This document shows positions 9,932 through 19,500 of a DNA stretch of 60,841 bases, piece by piece. This DNA comes from Dehalococcoidia bacterium (lineage in GTDB: Bacteria; Chloroflexota; Dehalococcoidia; Dehalococcoidales; UBA1222): positions 1-60,841 of the forward strand of contig WRNG01000001.1 in the NCBI GenBank assembly GCA_009776735.1, given 5' to 3'. A model generated the notes under the pieces. The model worked only from the letters and a program-made list of their open reading frames with translations. It made no database searches and had not been told where the DNA came from. The position numbers were made by a program, and so were the translations under genes. Numbering within the stretch: the stretch's first letter is position 1; every line of letters starts with the position of its first letter.

Positions 9932-10843
9932 CTATCTTGCTCGCGGGTGAGCTTTATTATACGCTTGGCGGACATGTTCTGTCGTCAAGTGAGTATAAAT
10001 CTGAGTTGTAGCAATATTGGCGTGCCCCAATAATTCTTGAACCGAACGCAAATCAGCTCCGCCATTCAGCATATGAGTAGCAAAACTGTGCCGTAATATA
10101 TGCGGTGTAACTTTTTTCTCAAGCCCGATTTTTTTGGCATAGCCTTTCATAATCTGCCACAGACCCTGGCGGGTAAGGCGTTCACCGCGTTGATTCACAA
10201 AAAAAGCCTTCTCAGTGACAGAGCGCACAAATTTGGGGCGTACTTCCTTGGCATAAACATCTAACGATTGCGCCGATTGCGGATATACCGGCACCAAACG
10301 CTCTTTTTTACCTTTGCCAAAGGGCCGCACGAAACCATTTTTGGTATCAATATCATCCACATTCAAACCAACAAGTTCTGAAACGCGCATGCCGGTAGCA
10401 TAAAGGAGTTCAAGCATGGCCTTATCGCGTTTAGCCTCAGGAGAATTGATTTTTGCCGGTTGTTCAATAAGGGAGCGCGCTTGGCTGACCGTAAGCGTCT
10501 CCGGCAATTCCTTACCTACTTTGGGAGAACTGATATTCTCCGTGGGGTCAGTTTTAATGCGACCATCAGCTAATAGAAAAGCAAAAAAACTTTTGGCGGC
10601 CGCCACTTTTCGCGCTACCGTGGTAACCACATAACCCCGCTCTTTAAGGTTAAGCATATAACCTAGCATGGCGTTGTGGTCAAAAGAGTTCCACGATGAG
10701 TTTTTGTCTCCTCTGCCAAAGGTAACATCTTCAACAAAAGTCGCCAGCTGATTCAAATCATTGGCATAGGCAGCAGTTGTATTGGAAGAGAAACCTTTCT
10801 CCACACGGAGATGATTCAAAAAATTATCAATATCTTGTCTCAC
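9932..10843 (-). CDS. Tyrosine recombinase, XerC/XerD type
   Basis: 303 aa. Catalytic signature ATGMRVSEL (Arg), HILRHSFATH (HxxR), LLGHANIATTQIYTH (His, Tyr). Confidence 0.9.
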   Translation of the reverse strand: MRQDIDNFLNHLRVEKGFSSNTTAAYANDLNQLATFVEDVTFGRGDKNSSWNSFDHNAMLGYMLNLKERGYVVTTVARKVAAAKSFFAFLLADGRIKTDPTENISSPKVGKELPETLTVSQARSLIEQPAKINSPEAKRDKAMLELLYATGMRVSELVGLNVDDIDTKNGFVRPFGKGKKERLVPVYPQSAQSLDVYAKEVRPKFVRSVTEKAFFVNQRGERLTRQGLWQIMKGYAKKIGLEKKVTPHILRHSFATHMLNGGADLRSVQELLGHANIATTQIYTHLTTEHVRQAYNKAHPRAR

Positions 10844-11004
10844 ATGTCACCCCTTTGCAAATTGGCTATATTTTAACATAACGCGCCAAGATTGCAAGCG
10901 CTAACCACACAATTTTGCAGTAGTTTGCACACAAACTGTTGGCTTTCCTGCAAGGGCATGAGGCAAAGATGAGTATTCGTCAGTCTATGTGCTAGAATTG
11001 CTCT

Positions 11005-12831
11005 ATGCTGTCAAGTACCAACACTCTACTTATTCGGGCAAAACAACTCCCTAACAAGCCTGGCGTCTACATCATGAAGAACGCTTCGGGAAAAATTATC
11101 TACGTGGGAAAAGCAGTCAACCTGCGTAATCGTGTCCAAAGCTATTTCATGAAAGGGTTGCGTGACCATAAAACAAACCAACTGGTAGCCAATGTGGTCG
11201 ATTATGAGTTTTATCTAGTTTCGACAGAAGAAGAAGCCCTCGTGCTGGAGCTTAATTTAATAAAAAAATTCCGCCCCTATTTCAATATTCGCCTTAAAGA
11301 CGATAAGGGATTCCCATATCTGAAAATTGATATGCAAGAAAAATGGCCACGTGTACAAATTGTGCGCAGCGTTTCGTCTGACGGAGCTCAATACTTCGGT
11401 CCTTTTGCCAACCAGCACTCTATTAAACGAGCGCTTGAAGTAGTGAAATCATTGTTCCCGTTTCGAAGCTGTGAAGGTAAGTTGCAAAGCCCTCTGCGTC
11501 GCCCTTGCTTAGAACACGATTTAAAACATTGTATCGCTCCCTGTAGCGGAAAAATCAATAGGGAAGAATACCTCGAAATAATCAACGGGCTCATCCTGTT
11601 CCTGGAAGGACGGCAGAAACAGCTTGAGAAACACCTGCTTCGCCAAATGCTACAAGCCTCCGCATTGCAGCAGTATGAACGTGCCGCTTGGCTTCGTGAA
11701 CAGATTAAAACTTTACAACAGGCCATCTCTTGGCAAAAAATGGCTATTAAGGTAAACGGAAACAAAGACGTGGTAGCATTTATAACCGACCATGACCAAG
11801 CTATCGCGCAAGTTTTTTTTATACGGGAAGGGAAACTCAGTGGCCGCGAATCTTTCTCTCTAACCGGAGTGGAACAAGAGTCTCCGTCACAAATTATGAC
11901 CAGCTTTCTGCAGCAATACTATTCTGCAAGTACCAGTATCCCACCTTTGATTCTGTTGCAGCACCCAGTATCGGAAAAATCCATTCTGCAAAGATGGCTC
12001 ACATCACGTCGCGGAAGTGCGGTCAAACTGCGGGTACCAAAACAAGGCCCAGCAGCTGAGTTACTGCGAATCGCAGTTGAAAATGTGGCTAAAAGCCATG
12101 AACAATCACGCATAAAACATCTCTCACAGCCACAAACGTTAGAGGCCGCTTTGGAAGAACTCGTTACTATTCTCCATTTACCATCGCCACCAGAACGCAT
12201 TGAAGGCTACGATATTTCAAACACTCAGGGAACTCAAGCAGTAGGAAGTATGGTAGTATTTGAAAACGGCAACCCTTCTCCTAGACACTACCGTAGATTC
12301 AGGATCAAAACCATTGAAGGGACCAACGATTATGCTATGTTGAGTGAGGTCCTCTATCGTCGCTTCGCCCATATCAACGCTACATCTGGAGCAAAAGACT
12401 GGGCTCACCCCGATTTAGTGCTAATTGACGGCGGTAAAGGACAACTCTCCGCCGCCCATAAAACCATGCAAGAGTGCGGTGTTGGCGGCATACCGCACCT
12501 GAGTTTAGCCAAAAAAAATGAGGAGGTATTCCTTGTCGGGAGTTCTAAATCAATTATTCTTCCGAAATCATCCCCCGGGCTTAAACTTTTACAAAGAATT
12601 CGTGATGAGGCTCACCGTTTTGCTATCGGATACCACAAGGCGATAAGGAAACGAGAATCAATCAATTCTGTTCTATGTGACGTACATGGTATTGGTCCCA
12701 AACGTCGTCAAGCGCTGCTCAAACGATTCGGCGCAATCAGCGGAGTGCGACAAGCCAGTATAGAAGAGTTGTCGCAAGTTAACGGCATCACCCCACACAT
12801 TGCCCAAAGCATTAAGCAAATAGTGGGATGA
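11005..12831 (+). CDS. uvrC: Excinuclease ABC subunit C
   Basis: 608 aa. N-terminal GIY-YIG (PGVYIMKNASGKIIYVGKAVNLRNR), UvrBC-interaction region, C-terminal (HhH)2. Confidence 0.95.
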   Translation: MLSSTNTLLIRAKQLPNKPGVYIMKNASGKIIYVGKAVNLRNRVQSYFMKGLRDHKTNQLVANVVDYEFYLVSTEEEALVLELNLIKKFRPYFNIRLKDDKGFPYLKIDMQEKWPRVQIVRSVSSDGAQYFGPFANQHSIKRALEVVKSLFPFRSCEGKLQSPLRRPCLEHDLKHCIAPCSGKINREEYLEIINGLILFLEGRQKQLEKHLLRQMLQASALQQYERAAWLREQIKTLQQAISWQKMAIKVNGNKDVVAFITDHDQAIAQVFFIREGKLSGRESFSLTGVEQESPSQIMTSFLQQYYSASTSIPPLILLQHPVSEKSILQRWLTSRRGSAVKLRVPKQGPAAELLRIAVENVAKSHEQSRIKHLSQPQTLEAALEELVTILHLPSPPERIEGYDISNTQGTQAVGSMVVFENGNPSPRHYRRFRIKTIEGTNDYAMLSEVLYRRFAHINATSGAKDWAHPDLVLIDGGKGQLSAAHKTMQECGVGGIPHLSLAKKNEEVFLVGSSKSIILPKSSPGLKLLQRIRDEAHRFAIGYHKAIRKRESINSVLCDVHGIGPKRRQALLKRFGAISGVRQASIEELSQVNGITPHIAQSIKQIVG

Positions 12832-12847
12832 GCAAACTCTTAGGTAA

Positions 12848-13732
12848 TTATAGTTCGGAAATTAAAAACTCCAGCGCCTTACATACTCCGCTATTTTCAA
12901 CCGTGTCCGTTATATAGTCAGCAATTTGCATTAGTTCCGGAACGGCATTCCTCATAGCTACCGGCATGCCTACCTTTTCCAATAAAGAAATATCATTATA
13001 ACCATCACCAATAGCAATTATTGATGTACTTGGATACCCCCAATGGTTCAACAATTTGTTAAAAGCAAAACCTTTATTGATTTGAGGGTGCAATAAGTTG
13101 ATGAAATCAACTTCTGGGAAAGCTGGTGAATTAGCTACGGAATACCCAAAACGATCACCAAAATGCTCCTTAAACTCTTTGACTTGCATCGCTTCTTCAT
13201 CACTGTGAATCAGAAGCTCCGCCTTTAAAATCTCGGTCTTTCCAATTACTTCGTCATAATTAACGTTCGTAGGTGACAGGTGAAAGAAATCTTGTTGCAT
13301 ATTATCCGACCAATTTGGTCTTTCAGTAAAACAAACATCTTTGTCAAGATAATGTGAAAAGTTATTTGTAATTGAGTGTTCATCAAACCAAAATGCTCCG
13401 TTGGTATATAAGCTGAGATGTATGCCGTTCTGACGGCAGAACTCAACCGCTTCTCGTATGAGAGACTTATCGATAGCTTGGTAAAATAGCATACTCCTTA
13501 TTTTCGGATTGGCAATTAAGGCACCATCATAGAAAACATGGAAAGTATGAACCCCAAGCTCTTCAATCACTGGCATGGTGGATTGCACGGTTCGCCCGGT
13601 GCATAAGACAATTACAAAACCAGGATGAATTTTATCTAAGCGTTTCAGTATATCTTTGTCTTTGTCAGTGATACGATTTTGGCTATCGACTAAAGTACCG
13701 TCAATATCAATAAATGCCATTCTATATTTCAT
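12848..13732 (-). CDS. Cof-type HAD-IIB family phosphatase
   Basis: FIDIDGTL motif I and C-terminal GDGYNDISLL...AMRNA. ATG at 13732 (MKYRMAFIDIDG) is preceded by GGGGGGA SD; the track ORF starts 48 nt further upstream. Confidence 0.75.
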   Translation of the reverse strand: MKYRMAFIDIDGTLVDSQNRITDKDKDILKRLDKIHPGFVIVLCTGRTVQSTMPVIEELGVHTFHVFYDGALIANPKIRSMLFYQAIDKSLIREAVEFCRQNGIHLSLYTNGAFWFDEHSITNNFSHYLDKDVCFTERPNWSDNMQQDFFHLSPTNVNYDEVIGKTEILKAELLIHSDEEAMQVKEFKEHFGDRFGYSVANSPAFPEVDFINLLHPQINKGFAFNKLLNHWGYPSTSIIAIGDGYNDISLLEKVGMPVAMRNAVPELMQIADYITDTVENSGVCKALEFLISEL

Positions 13733-13925
13733 GATCCCCCCACATCTTTTTGTGAATTGTTTTCTGCTCTCGCTCAACAAAAGCTAAATAAATTGTTTCT
13801 TTCAAATATTTTTGTTAAAAACGCAGTAGCAATAAGCCAACCTGCAATTATCCTCTCTCAATAATGAAGTGCAAAAAGAATTACATAAAGTACGCTAATC
13901 CAAACGCTCCAAAAAGCCCTATCAG

Positions 13926-16190
13926 TTACTCAGGTAGGCTACCTTTTTTCTTTTTGTTTTGAAAAATAAAGATAAAGGCAATTACAGCCATAACAATTAT
14001 GACCCCAGTAATTATCAACACAGGTATAACAGGAAAATTCCATTTGTACCGAGCCGTTATCGTAAGGTTAGTTTCCACATTGGTAAAATTATTGCTCCAG
14101 CCAGTGAAAGTGTACCCATTGCGAACTGGATCATTTGGGGCTATTGCATCGCTACCGTATGGAACCAGTTGCGTATCTAACGCCGTTCCGTCAGAATCAA
14201 CAAATATCACTGTGAGAATAATCTGAGAATACTGTGCTTTGATTGTAATATCTGCAGTTATATTTGTGAAAGAGCGATCCCAGTTGACAAAAACATAACC
14301 TTCTCTTATTGGGCTAACTGGTTCTTCCGCATTATTACCATAAATCACTACCTGTCTATCGATTATAGCATTATCCCAATCCACAACAGTTACTTCATGT
14401 GTAATCTGTTCCCACTGCGCAACATAAGTAACATCTCCTGATACCACTGCTGATAACTCAGGAGACCAGCCAATAAATCTCCAACCAGGCTCGCTGTATG
14501 TTATCGGAGCGGCTGGGGTAGGGTCATCAACGTAGATCTCTTCACTAGTCTGTGCGGAAAATGTGCCATGTGTGCCTGGCTGATAAGTTACTGCATACTT
14601 CGGGTCCTCCAGCCATTGTGCATAAAGGGTAGTTGCATTGAAAAGGTTCGGCGATGAGGCAGTATATGTAGTCCCACTACCATCTGCCAGCGTATTCCAT
14701 CCAGAAAACATATGATGCGGGCGTGATGGGACAGCAGGTAAATTATTCCCGATAGGAGTATTCATCTCAACAGCTATTACGGTAACAAAAGTCTGGTCAT
14801 TATTGTCATAATTCCACATGAACTCTACAATTGCCAATGACGTTCCGCTAGTATAGCTAATATCATAATTGTTATAGCCTTGAGTAAACGGCGTTGTCCA
14901 TGTGACACTTTGGGCAATTTTTGAGTTATACAATGCGTCATCATACGGACTTCTATTGTATGCCCCAGAAGCTTTATTGCTAGCAAACACTGCATCCCCG
15001 CTTATTGTTATACTACTTAACTCAGTATCGTCCACCCAAATAGCGCCACCATCCACCAAAGCAAAATTATTTGCAATTATTCCACCTGACATATTGAACG
15101 TACCATCATATATGACAATCCCACCACCGTCATTCATGGCTTCATTTGCAGATATTTCGCCACCTGTCATGATGAAAGTAGCCCCATTAAACACCCCACC
15201 GCCATCAAAAGAACTATTGCCAGAAATCACACCAGAATACATGTTGAAAGTATTGTCAATATGGAATACCCCTCCTCCGCCTATTTCGGCACTGTTATCA
15301 GAGATTTTTCCTCCCCTTAAATTTATCGTCCCTCCACTAACAAGCCCTCCGCCTATAGCTGCAATATTCCCAGAAATCTCGCCTCCGTTGAAATTAAAGA
15401 CCCCACTTTCAATGCACATTCCCCCGCCTATTGGTGCATAATTGTCCGAAATTTTACCACCGGACATCGTGATTGTTCCGAATAGGCTAAACAGACCACC
15501 AGCCAATCCTGAACTAACTGAGTTACCGCTTATTTCTCCACCTCTAATTAAACAAGTGCTTTCGTTGTATACCCCACCAGCAAAATAGTCGGCCGAGTTG
15601 TTTGATATCTTACCGCCCTCGACTGTGAACGTACCACAGTTTAGTACACCTCCACCACCTATCGCAGAATTCTCAGATATTTCACCCCCAGTCATCGCAA
15701 ATCTGCCTCCATAATCAACAAAAACACCTCCACCGCCATCATCCGACCCTAAATTCCTGATTATCTTCCCGCTAGACATATAAAGACTACCAAGTGCCGA
15801 TACATACACACCAGACCCTTTAGCTCCTGAGTTGTGCGTAACTGTGATACCATCAATTGTGAGTGTTCCTAATCCCGAAACAGTAATTGTAGGCATATTG
15901 TTGGCCCCAATTAGCTTATTGTTTCCAACCAAAACAATATCTTTTCCTGCTGTAATTGTAAGTGTTGTTCCAGCAGTTAACGTTATGTCGCTGGTTAATT
16001 CAATGACATACTGCTCAGTCGTGGGAGCACCATTGACTGCTTGTTTAAGAGCAACTTCCGTTGCCACAGTTAGATTTGCTTCAGCCGCGATTACAGCTGA
16101 CGAACAAACCTGCAACCCCAACAAGAAAGTTGAAATAACAAGTGTACAACTTAATAAAAATGAAAAAACAACGGTTTTAACTTGTCTCAT
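13926..16190 (-). CDS. Large surface protein: signal peptide, beta-helix repeats, Listeria-Bacteroides (Flg_new-type) repeats, C-terminal TM anchor
   Basis: About 754 aa from ATG 16190 (SD AAAGGGG). About 10 tandem 22-24-aa units of the type GGxISxNSAxxGGGVxxxGTFxM. Then modules with the GW...G..Y......LYAQW pattern (MFSGWNTLADGSGTTY...LYAQW, GWRFIGW, GYVFVNW, GYTFTGW). Ends in a TM helix plus KKKKGSLPE. Confidence 0.8.
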   Translation of the reverse strand: MRQVKTVVFSFLLSCTLVISTFLLGLQVCSSAVIAAEANLTVATEVALKQAVNGAPTTEQYVIELTSDITLTAGTTLTITAGKDIVLVGNNKLIGANNMPTITVSGLGTLTIDGITVTHNSGAKGSGVYVSALGSLYMSSGKIIRNLGSDDGGGGVFVDYGGRFAMTGGEISENSAIGGGGVLNCGTFTVEGGKISNNSADYFAGGVYNESTCLIRGGEISGNSVSSGLAGGLFSLFGTITMSGGKISDNYAPIGGGMCIESGVFNFNGGEISGNIAAIGGGLVSGGTINLRGGKISDNSAEIGGGGVFHIDNTFNMYSGVISGNSSFDGGGVFNGATFIMTGGEISANEAMNDGGGIVIYDGTFNMSGGIIANNFALVDGGAIWVDDTELSSITISGDAVFASNKASGAYNRSPYDDALYNSKIAQSVTWTTPFTQGYNNYDISYTSGTSLAIVEFMWNYDNNDQTFVTVIAVEMNTPIGNNLPAVPSRPHHMFSGWNTLADGSGTTYTASSPNLFNATTLYAQWLEDPKYAVTYQPGTHGTFSAQTSEEIYVDDPTPAAPITYSEPGWRFIGWSPELSAVVSGDVTYVAQWEQITHEVTVVDWDNAIIDRQVVIYGNNAEEPVSPIREGYVFVNWDRSFTNITADITIKAQYSQIILTVIFVDSDGTALDTQLVPYGSDAIAPNDPVRNGYTFTGWSNNFTNVETNLTITARYKWNFPVIPVLIITGVIIVMAVIAFIFIFQNKKKKGSLPE
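15015..15770 (-). repeat. Tandem coding repeats (Gly/Ser/Asn-rich beta-helix units, period about 66-72 nt)
   Basis: Repeated GG(E/K)IS(x)N(S/Y)A..GGG peptide units between about aa 150 and 400 of the 13926-16214 ORF. This generates the Pro-rich antisense shadow ORF 14902-15441. Confidence 0.7.
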
Positions 16191-16237
16191 ACCGAAACCC
16201 CTTTCTAACCACAATGTTCAAATCACTCAAGACTGCA

Positions 16238-16558
16238 CTACATTATTGACAATGCACCTAAATCTGTCAAGCCAGCGCACGCTTTGCTTCTTCGTCTCCG
16301 ACAAGTAGAAATGCAGGAAATATCATAGGCATGGAATATAATATTTTTGTGCCTAATAATTTTTGTCAAATATTTGCCAATATAAGTTGTGTATGGTTTT
16401 TTGGAAGCAATAGCGTGCCAATAATGACCTGTAGCTTCCATGCCAATGACAACTACTTCTTTCTGTTGATTGTTAGTTTCAATGTAGAAGAGTAGGGGCT
16501 GGGAGTTGTCATCGATAACGGTATCTAGACAGCACTTAGTGTAACTCCTTTCTAGCAC
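16238..16558 (-). pseudogene. IS110-family (DEDD) transposase N-terminal fragment
   Basis: The 106-aa ORF contains VVVIGMEATGHYWHAIA, the MEATGxYW/H hallmark of the IS110 N-terminal domain. A possible degenerate KTDxxDA (AGLTDLGAL) follows. It stops after about 100 aa (intact proteins are more than 300 aa) and overlaps the 3' end of the S8 gene. Confidence 0.5.
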
Positions 16559-19500
16559 GTAAGGAAAACACTGTCACTATGGAAGCGCCAATAACAAATA
16601 TCCCAACGACAACAACTAAAACGCTATCAATAAAACTGCCTCCGCTTTCATTTGCCGATTGCCAAACCGCAAATAGTAAAATGTCGGTTTTGTCGAAATA
16701 TAATGAACCAGATTGATATTCTGGGACAGTTGCCGATGGATTGGTTGCCCAACCTTGGAACAAATATCCTTCCCTTGTTGGCAATTCCCCACTGATTTGT
16801 GCCAGCAAATCTGAAGTGATAATTTGGTTGGGTGGGGCTCCAATCCCCCCATTAGCACTAAATGCAATCGTATACATAGCAATTACAACCACATCACAGG
16901 TATCAACACAACCATTTATCGATGTGGCAGTAATTTTCGTTGAGCCAGACGATTTTGCTACGACAAGCCCGTCAGCAGAAACTGTTGCCACCTCAGGAGC
17001 GGAGCTACTCCATGTTACTGTCACATCAAGCGCGTCTAATGGTAAAATTGTTGCCGAGAGCTGAATAAACCCATTAAGCAACATATTAGCCGATGTTTGC
17101 GATATTACCACTCTTTTGGGGTCAGATGTGACTGTGACTGTACAAGTTGCTGTTAATCCATTTAGAGTGGCGGCAGTAATAATTGACGTACCCACATTTA
17201 CAGCATTAACAATACCCTTCGCAGAAACTGTAGCTACCTTTTCGTCACTACTACTCCATTCGATTATGTCAACCGCATTGAAGGGCAAGACAACCGCAGA
17301 GAGCTGGAGATTGGTGGCTGTATTTAATCTTATGTCTGAATTAGAAAGCGTAATACTAAGTGGTGTTTCTACAATAGTTATCAAACAAGTAGCCGTTATT
17401 CCATTGGCCGCGGTAGCAGTAATTTCCACGATACCAACCGATTCTGTTGATACCAGCCCGCTTGAAGACACTGTGGCAACTGTGCTGTCTTGGCTCACCC
17501 AATCAAGTGAGTAATCAGGAGGTACGCCATTGGCCACTAACTGCAGTGTCTCACCCAAAAAAAGCATCGCTGTTGTTTGGGCAAAGGATAGTCTTTCTGG
17601 ATACACTATAACTAAACAAGTTGCCGTTAATCCATTTACGGTAGTCGCCGTGATAATTGCCATACCCGGGTTTTGAGCGTAAACAATTCCATTGGCTAAT
17701 GCAACCGCTACATTACGATCACTACTTGTCCATGTCAAATTATTATTTGCTATTTGAGGAGACACCATCGCAACAAGTTGTCCAACTTCCCGAAGAGGTA
17801 TTGTCATTTCAGCTGTTGAAAGCGAAACACTAGTTGGTAAAACTTGTGGATCTCTTATTGACAAAGTACAACTCCCAAACACCCCATCATCAGACAAAGC
17901 TGTAATTGTTACTATGCCAGCAGCAACCGCTATTATTTCCACTTCATTTGAAAAGGCATCTCTGGTTATAATTCTAGCCACATTGTTATTACTGCTTCGC
18001 CATGACAGTGCTTTATTTGATGCATTAAACGGCTGAATTTCTGCTTTTACCCATACTGTTTCGTATATGAATAAATCATCAGCCTCTGGAAGCACTGTAA
18101 TATTTGTTATCGGCAAATAAGTTGTGCCAGTACGAAACCTCAACACATAATCTTCCGTAAGAGAGCCGTAGTCACAAAGAACATCTCCCGCTAGCACTTT
18201 AAACATATAATCAGTATTAGGCAAAAGTACCTTAGAAAGAATCAAGCAAAACTCACTTTCATCTTCGCTAGGTGAAAGACTGATCTCATAATCAACCCAT
18301 TCTATTTTGCTACCATCTAAAGCAACCAACGTCCAAGCCCTTATGGGGGCCACAAGAACATGGTTGAAAGTGATCGAAATCCGATCAGTGAGGACAGCTT
18401 CTTTGTCACCATTGTTAGGAAAAGAACGGATTACCTTTAAAGGCTCTATCTGCAGCCCAATGACAGAGATTTCAACTCTTTTTCCATCATATTCTGCTAT
18501 TACATGCGTTTGCCCTACACCAAAAACTGTAACTAACCCAAAATCGGTAACTGTTGCTACGGCTTCATCATTAGAATAAAAAACTGTTTGCGATGTAACA
18601 TCAGAGACCATTCCCTTATCATAGTATTCAATCGTGAGTTGTTTTTGCTGTGGTCCTGCTTTAACATATTCTGTCAAATTATTTGGAGTAGCAAAGATGA
18701 ATTCCGTTGCCAAATCTACTGCTCGTTCCACATTTAGAATGCCATAACCGTAGTGCTTTCCATCGATCATATTTAATGGATCAGCGCTTAAACACATAAT
18801 AGTTTTTATGATACTTGGAGTAAGCGATGAATTATAACAAAGGAGCAAAGCCACTGCCGATGCAACATGTGGAGTGGACATTGAGGTACCACTAAAAACC
18901 GCTGTTCTATTTCCAGGGATAGTACTACGAATATCAACACCTGGCGCAGCTAAGTCAACACGATCACCAAAATTTGAGAAGTAGGCTGGCTTATCGTCTA
19001 TATCAAAAGCCGACACTGTAATCGCAAATTCAGAGCGTGCCGGTGACACTGTAACTGCATCAGCGCTATTATTTCCGGCGGCAGCAATAACCGTAGCATT
19101 CTTTTCCACTGCATAGGCGACACTATCATCAAGGCCCTGATCTGCTGGGAACACAAGTCCACCTAAGCTAAGATTAATAACCATTGCTCCGTGGTCCGCC
19201 GCCCAACGAATGCCATTGGAAACATTGATGGTTGAACCATAACCAAGTGAATTCAATACTTTCACAGGCATGATTTTAACGTTGGGCAAGGCAATTGTGA
19301 TATCTACAATAGTGCCAGATACATGCGTCCCATGACTATGGTCATCATAAATAAAGGTGTCATTATTAACTAAGTTATACCCTGCAACATGGCGCTCAGC
19401 AAAAAATGGATGGGCAGTATCAAGCCCAGTATCAATTACGGCAACTGTAACTACGCTTTCATGCTTTTCATTTGCGATGAGATAATCCAAAAAAATATCG

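Noticed and set aside
14902-15441. 179-aa Pro-rich ORF on the plus strand (and similar long antisense ORFs at 15832-16308, 16741-17064, 17116-17514, 18307-18579).
   Set aside because: These are shadow frames of the repeat-rich surface-protein genes on the minus strand. The PPP runs are simply the reverse complement of GGN glycine codons. They have no SD and no independent motif.
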